Positions 59,091 to 64,000 of a DNA stretch of 64,000 nt are shown here, piece after piece; position 1 is the first letter of the stretch, and every line of letters begins with the position of its first letter. A program made the translations under genes and the position numbers. The DNA lies in the NCBI GenBank assembly GCA_964499635.1, contig CAZCLY010000008.1:127699-191698 (forward strand). The letters run 5' to 3'. This DNA is from an uncultured Gemmatimonadota bacterium (GTDB lineage: Bacteria; Gemmatimonadota; Gemmatimonadetes; Palauibacterales; Palauibacteraceae). Under the pieces are notes generated by a model. That model saw nothing but the letters and a program-made list of their open reading frames with translations. It was not told where the DNA came from and did no database searches.

Positions 59091-59255
59091 GGCGGAGCCC
59101 GTGACCGACGACGAGATGCGAACGGTCGTGCATGAGGTGCGAATGGGCGGTAAACGCCCGTCCGACCGGGATTTGACACCACCCGAAGAGACGCCGTACC
59201 TTGTGCCGTCCCGCCATATCTCGTCCGTGAAACACATTGAACGGACGAACGATCG

Positions 59256-60302
59256 ATGATGCCATTCGGGTTTGGGCGGAGGAAGACGACGGTTGGGCTG
59301 GATGTCGGCAGCGGCTTCATCAAGGCAGCCGTCATCGATCACAGCAAAGACACACCGCAACTCGCCAAGATCGCGGTAAGTCCGATCGAGGGGGACGCGA
59401 TCGTCGACGGTGACGTCGTCGATCCGGGGCTCGTCGCGGACGCCATCTCCTCCATGTTCGAGCAGGAGAAGATCGATCAGCGCGACGTCGTGATCGGCGT
59501 CGGCGGTCGGGACGTGATCACCAAGCTGATCAAGATGGACCGCATGGAGGAGGACGAGGCGCGCGAGGTGATCCCCTGGGAGGCCGAGCAACACGTGCCG
59601 TTCGATATGGACAACGTGCAGCTCGACTTCGAGATCACGGATCCCGAGGGCGACGGCCTCCAGATGACGGTTCTCCTGGTGGCGGCGAAGCGGGAGCTCA
59701 TCGAGACGCGCATCTCGCTGCTGCAGCAGGCGGGGCTCAACCCCACGATGGTGGACGTCGAGGCGTTCGCGCTCCACAACGCGCTCGAGGTGAACTATCC
59801 GGACGCCATGCACGGCGTCACGGCGCTGGTGAACATCGGGCACGACACGACGACCGTGAACGTGCTGGACGACGGAGTCCCCGTGCTCACCCGGGATCTC
59901 ACCTTCGGGACGCGCGGCCTCAAGCTCGATCTGCAGCGCGAGCGCGCGCTGACGGCGGAGCAGGCCGAGGCGGCCCTCAGGGGCGAGGGCGCCGATCATG
60001 AGCTGCGCGATTTCCTGGCCGAACGTGCCCAGGAAGTGGCCCGCGGCGTGGAGCGCGCGGCGGCGTTCCTCGAGACCGATGAGATCGGGCTCGGGGTCGG
60101 CCGGCTGTACCTGTGTGGTGGTGGGGTGGGGGTTCCTTCCCTCTCCGAAGTGCTCGCCGAGCGTCTCGGGGTCGAGACGCACGTGGCGAGCGCCTTCGAG
60201 CGCATCCAGGTCAAGGCCGATGCGATCGATTACATGCAGCTCCAGGAAATGGCGCCCATGCTGATGCTCAGCGTGGGTCTCGCGCTGCGTAAGGCCGCGT
60301 AG
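59256..60302 (+). CDS. pilM: Type IV pilus assembly protein PilM (actin-like ATPase).
   Basis: The N-terminus VGLDVGSGFIKAAVI, ~348 aa, and synteny with pilNOPQ. Confidence 0.85.
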   Translation: MMPFGFGRRKTTVGLDVGSGFIKAAVIDHSKDTPQLAKIAVSPIEGDAIVDGDVVDPGLVADAISSMFEQEKIDQRDVVIGVGGRDVITKLIKMDRMEEDEAREVIPWEAEQHVPFDMDNVQLDFEITDPEGDGLQMTVLLVAAKRELIETRISLLQQAGLNPTMVDVEAFALHNALEVNYPDAMHGVTALVNIGHDTTTVNVLDDGVPVLTRDLTFGTRGLKLDLQRERALTAEQAEAALRGEGADHELRDFLAERAQEVARGVERAAAFLETDEIGLGVGRLYLCGGGVGVPSLSEVLAERLGVETHVASAFERIQVKADAIDYMQLQEMAPMLMLSVGLALRKAA

Positions 60303-60352
60303 CGGTCCGGTCACCTGTCGGGGGACGAGGATCGAGGGGTCGAGGAGAACAG

Positions 60353-61009
60353 ATGATCGAAGTCAATCTTCTTCCAGAAGCGCAGCGATCGCGCGGTTCG
60401 AGCAAGCGGGCGCGCGTGAGTCGGCCGAGCCTGCCGGGGGGCGCGGGCGACCGCAACCCGTGGACGACCGCGCTCATCGCCGTGTGCGTGATCGTGCCGG
60501 CGGCCGTGCTCTTCCTGTGGTGGACGCAACGCGGGGACGCCCGATCGCTCGATGAGCGGCTCGAGGCGGCCACGGCGGATTCGGCACGCCTCGCCGACCT
60601 GCGTCTCGTGAGCGACAGCCTCAACGCGCGGCGCCAGGAAATCCGGGACCGGGTGGCGCTGGTCGAGGCGTTGGACCGCAACCGCTTCGTGTGGCCACAC
60701 CTGATGGACGAGATCAGCCGCGCCGTGCCGCGGCTCGCCTGGCTCAGCACTCTGCGCCAGACCGCGCCGCTCCCGAACGTGGAAGTCCAGGTTCAGGGGG
60801 TGGCCGCGAACCCGCTCGCCATCACCGAGTTCGTCCGCAACCTCGAGGCTTCGGACTACATCACGGATGTCCGGATCCTGGGGAGCCAGAAGCAGACGCT
60901 GAACGACGGTGACCTTTCGGTGCAGGCGTTCACGCTGTCCGTGGCCTTCACGGAACCGGCGGGAGGCGTCCGACGAACCGAGCCGATCATCGCCAACACG
61001 GGATTCTGA
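60353..61009 (+). CDS. pilN: Type IV pilus assembly protein PilN.
   Basis: MIEVNLLPE..., a single TM helix, ~218 aa, and position in the operon. Confidence 0.8.
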   Translation: MIEVNLLPEAQRSRGSSKRARVSRPSLPGGAGDRNPWTTALIAVCVIVPAAVLFLWWTQRGDARSLDERLEAATADSARLADLRLVSDSLNARRQEIRDRVALVEALDRNRFVWPHLMDEISRAVPRLAWLSTLRQTAPLPNVEVQVQGVAANPLAITEFVRNLEASDYITDVRILGSQKQTLNDGDLSVQAFTLSVAFTEPAGGVRRTEPIIANTGF

Positions 61010-61011
61010 CC

Positions 61012-61602
61012 ATGGCGCTGCTACCAGAAGATCCGCGCGACCAGTACAGAATGCTCGGCGTGATCGCCATGATCGCGCTCGGAGCGGTGTTCTACCTGTA
61101 CGTGTGGTCTCCGAAGAAGGAGGCGCTCGCCGAGCTGGAGCAACGCGTCCAGCAGGTGGAGACCGCCAACGAGCTCGCCGAGGCCCGCATGCAAAACCTC
61201 GACGCGGTGCGCGCCGAGCTCGAGCTGGGCGAGCGGCAGTTCGCGATGCTCGAGCGGCTGGTGCCGGGGCGCAGCGAGGTTCCGGCCATCTACGAGTCGA
61301 TCGCCTCGCAAAGCCAGTCGCTGGGGCTCGAGCTGATCAACGTGACCCCCGCCGAGCCGGTGCCGGATTCCGCCGGGTACTTCCTCAGGCAGAACTGGGC
61401 CATGCAGGTGGAGGGCGAATATCACGACGTGGGCGAGTTCCTGACCCGGGTGGCGTCGTTCGCCCGGATCGTGCGCCCCGACGTCGAGGAGATCCGACCG
61501 AGTCGCGAGACGAACTCGGGTCGGCAGCTGGTGACTGCCCGGTTTTCGCTGGAGACGTTCGTGCTCCCGCCGGGCGGCAATCGTGCGGGGGAGGGCGGAT
61601 GA
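61012..61602 (+). CDS. pilO: Type IV pilus assembly protein PilO.
   Basis: An N-terminal TM helix, a coiled coil, ~196 aa, and position in the operon. Confidence 0.72.
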   Translation: MALLPEDPRDQYRMLGVIAMIALGAVFYLYVWSPKKEALAELEQRVQQVETANELAEARMQNLDAVRAELELGERQFAMLERLVPGRSEVPAIYESIASQSQSLGLELINVTPAEPVPDSAGYFLRQNWAMQVEGEYHDVGEFLTRVASFARIVRPDVEEIRPSRETNSGRQLVTARFSLETFVLPPGGNRAGEGG

Positions 61603-62051
61603 TGAACGCGTCCGAATGGAGGGGCCGTTGGGTCCGGCGCGCCGGGGGCGCGCTGGGGGCGACGATCGCGCTGTCGCTGGCCGCAGTACCGACCGCCGCG
61701 CAGCAGCCCGCGGCGACCCCGGCCTCGACGGTCTATGAGCGGGAGGTGTTCGAATACCCCTCGGTGGGCCGGAGAGACCCGTTCCTGCCGCTGAACGCGG
61801 GAGAGCAGATCGGACCCCGGTTCGACGACCTGCTGCTCAGCGGCGTGCTCCACAACCCCGCGGTGGGGTCGGTGGCGACGCTGGCGGACCAGAAGACGGG
61901 CCGACGGTATCGGGTTCGCGAGGGCGACGTGCTCGGGGAGATTCGAGTCGCCGCGATCCGCGCGAACGAAGTGGATTTCGTGATCACCAGTTTCGGCATC
62001 AGCCGACGCGAGACCCTCAGGGTCAAGAAAGACAAGGAGAGTGAAGGATGA
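61599..62051 (+). CDS. pilP: Type IV pilus assembly protein PilP.
   Basis: Signal/lipoprotein-like, ~150 aa, ATGA-coupled to pilO and pilQ. Confidence 0.62.
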   Translation: MMNASEWRGRWVRRAGGALGATIALSLAAVPTAAQQPAATPASTVYEREVFEYPSVGRRDPFLPLNAGEQIGPRFDDLLLSGVLHNPAVGSVATLADQKTGRRYRVREGDVLGEIRVAAIRANEVDFVITSFGISRRETLRVKKDKESEG

Positions 62052-63850
62052 TCGCTCGGTCCATCCTCGCCTTCGCGCTTGCGGCGTGGTTCGGAGGAGC
62101 GCCTTCCGATCTACGGGAAGTCCAGATCTCGCCGTCTGGTGCGGAGACCGAAATCGCGGTGTTCGTGCAGGGGAACGTGTCCGTCCACGACTTCATGCTG
62201 TCGGAGCCGGCGCGTCTCATCCTCGACGTCGAGGGCGCCCACCACGCGCTCGGCCGTCACAGCTACGAATCGATCGGTCGCGGCGGCGTGATCCGCATGC
62301 GGTCGAGCCAGTTCCAGCCAGGCGTCGTGCGCCTGGTGTTCGACCTGACGCGTGAGCTGCAGTACACGGTCGACCAACGGGGCGGCGAGATCACGGTTCG
62401 CTTCCAGAACCCGGGCGAGCCGTTTGCGCAATGGTCGACCAGCCTGCCGTCGGACGAGTCGTCGGCTCCGGCCGTCGAGGCGCCGGCGACGGACGCGCCG
62501 GTGACGCCTTCGGCGTTCCCGAACGCGACCCCGCAGCAGGCGCAGCCGCGGATCTCGGTGGCGTACGACAGCGCGAGCATGCTGGACGTGCTGGCCGGCT
62601 TCTCCGAGTTCGCCGGCGTGTCCATCGTGCCGAACGGAGAGGCCGCGGATCTGACCGTGCGCGGGATCGACATCCGCAACCAACCGTGGGACGTCGCGCT
62701 GAGCGCGATCCTGTCGGCCCAGGGGCTCGGGTGGCAGACGGGCGAGAGCGGGATCATCGTCGTCGACAAGCTCGAGAACCTCAAGGCCCGGGACGACCTG
62801 TTGAGCGAGACCCGCGTGATGCGGATCAACTACGCGAGCGCCGACTCGGTGGCCGAGACGCTGAAGAACCTCGTCACGCCGGAGCGCGGACAGGTCGTGT
62901 CGTACTCGGGGACGAACTCCGTGATCGTGACCGACGCGCCGTCGGTCGTGGCTCGCATGGACTCGCTGGTCCGGTCGCTCGACAAGCGCATGCCGCAGGT
63001 GGCGATCGAGGCCAAGATCGTGTTCGTGAATCGGACCGATGTCCAGGAGCTCGGGATCGTCTACGATCTCAAGGAGCGCGACGGCGGCTTCGTGGAGCAG
63101 GGGATCAACGATCAGATCGAGGTGCCCGATCCCAACATTCCTCCGTCGCTCGTGGATACGGATGGGGACGGCATCCCGGACCAGGCGTTCTTCAAGCGTA
63201 CGAACGAGACGCTCGTCAACATCGGCGGCGACGCCGTGGCGGCGCTCGCCAACGCGAACGATCGGCTCGCGTCGCCGGCCCTCCAGATCCTGACGGCCGT
63301 GGCGTTCGGCGACTTCTCGCTGTTCTCGTTCATCGAGGCGCTCGAGCAGCATTCACTGTCGGACGTGCAGGCGGCGCCCTCGATCCAGGTCGTGGACAAC
63401 GCCCGGGCCCGGATCCAGGTGGGCGAGCGGACTCCGATCCGTGTGCTCGAGAAGGGGGCGCAGACCACCGAAGCCACCGTCAACGTGCAGTTCGAGGATA
63501 CCGGGATCATCCTCGAGGTCACGCCGCACGTGACGAACAACAACCAGATCCTCCTCCAGCTGTCCGCCGAGCGGTCCGGCCTCAAGGTCGGTCTGGCGGA
63601 CGTCGGGTTCACCTTCGAGAAGCAGGTCGGGGATACCCGCCTGCTGCTCGACGACGGCGAGACGGCCGTGATCGGTGGTCTCACGCTGAGCGAGGTGAGC
63701 CGCAGCGAAAGCGGGATTCCGGGGCTCATGAACATCCCGCTGCTCGGCAAGCTGTTCCGGACGACGAAGGAAAACGAGGTGAAGCAGGATCTGATCATCC
63801 TCGTGACGCCGCACATCGTCTTCCCCCGGGGAGCCGACGCGGCGCGCTGA
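62048..63850 (+). CDS. pilQ: Type IV pilus secretin PilQ.
   Basis: A signal peptide, an AMIN domain, and a secretin C-domain (GETAVIGGL...NIPLLGKLF...LIILVTPHIV). Confidence 0.9.
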   Translation: MIARSILAFALAAWFGGAPSDLREVQISPSGAETEIAVFVQGNVSVHDFMLSEPARLILDVEGAHHALGRHSYESIGRGGVIRMRSSQFQPGVVRLVFDLTRELQYTVDQRGGEITVRFQNPGEPFAQWSTSLPSDESSAPAVEAPATDAPVTPSAFPNATPQQAQPRISVAYDSASMLDVLAGFSEFAGVSIVPNGEAADLTVRGIDIRNQPWDVALSAILSAQGLGWQTGESGIIVVDKLENLKARDDLLSETRVMRINYASADSVAETLKNLVTPERGQVVSYSGTNSVIVTDAPSVVARMDSLVRSLDKRMPQVAIEAKIVFVNRTDVQELGIVYDLKERDGGFVEQGINDQIEVPDPNIPPSLVDTDGDGIPDQAFFKRTNETLVNIGGDAVAALANANDRLASPALQILTAVAFGDFSLFSFIEALEQHSLSDVQAAPSIQVVDNARARIQVGERTPIRVLEKGAQTTEATVNVQFEDTGIILEVTPHVTNNNQILLQLSAERSGLKVGLADVGFTFEKQVGDTRLLLDDGETAVIGGLTLSEVSRSESGIPGLMNIPLLGKLFRTTKENEVKQDLIILVTPHIVFPRGADAAR

Positions 63851-63916
63851 GGCGCTACGGAGGATTCCGCCACACGTGGCGGCACGAGGGGGCGCTTGTT
63901 CGAGGACGAGCGCCCC

Positions 63917-63955
63917 CTCACTTTTCGGGCCCGGCTCGTGCCGGGCCTTTTTTTT
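63917..63955 (+). terminator. Rho-independent terminator after pilQ. A tandem hairpin precedes it at ~63888-63920.
   Basis: gggcccggctcgtgccgggcc followed by TTTTTTTT. Upstream, gagggggcgc...gcgccccctc forms a second hairpin. Confidence 0.7.
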
Positions 63956-64000
63956 GTCGACTCGGGGTGCGGGCCGGGGCGACAGCGACCGGAACGCGTT

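Overview
The window is a very GC-rich (~68-70%) bacterial chromosomal segment. Its genes are tightly packed and often overlap by 4 bp (ATGA/GTGA), as in Gemmatimonadota-like genomes. The first ~39 kb is mostly housekeeping and envelope functions: a UvrA-like ABC ATPase (5' partial) overlapping a GT2 glycosyltransferase, gyrA, a PLP threonine/serine dehydratase, a DsbA-VKOR pair, a sigma-70-family sigma factor, ccmABCD, archaeal-type phosphoglycerate mutase, a csoR-copA copper efflux unit with a recognisable CsoR operator, pspA, an SSS transporter, mtgA, an RCK K+ channel translationally coupled to a degenerate DEAD-box/DbpA protein, an alanine/glycine symporter, a serC-like aminotransferase plus serA, an SBP56 selenium-binding protein, a MoaD(GG)/MoeZ-rhodanese sulfur-carrier pair, rpe, a tdh-kbl threonine-to-glycine operon interrupted by a lipoprotein gene, and tonB. 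From ~39.1 kb to the end the window is one contiguous type IV pilus / competence supercluster: comEA-pilB-pilT-pilC, a first set of four minor (pseudo)pilins, pilS-pilR, a major pilin behind a sigma-54 promoter, an 807-aa GT-C/YfhO-like polytopic membrane protein, a second pilin behind a near-identical sigma-54 promoter, a second set of four minor pilins, and pilMNOPQ with a terminal terminator. The most interesting unexplained material is the dual sigma-54 pilin module with the intervening candidate pilin glycosyltransferase and a shared upstream 12-mer, the pseudo-helicase/K-channel pair, two small overlapping ORFs convergent with agcS, and several short repeat and palindrome elements in intergenic DNA. 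All calls rest on reading the translated ORFs and the sequence. No database searches were run. Coordinates derived from manual base counting may be off by ±1.
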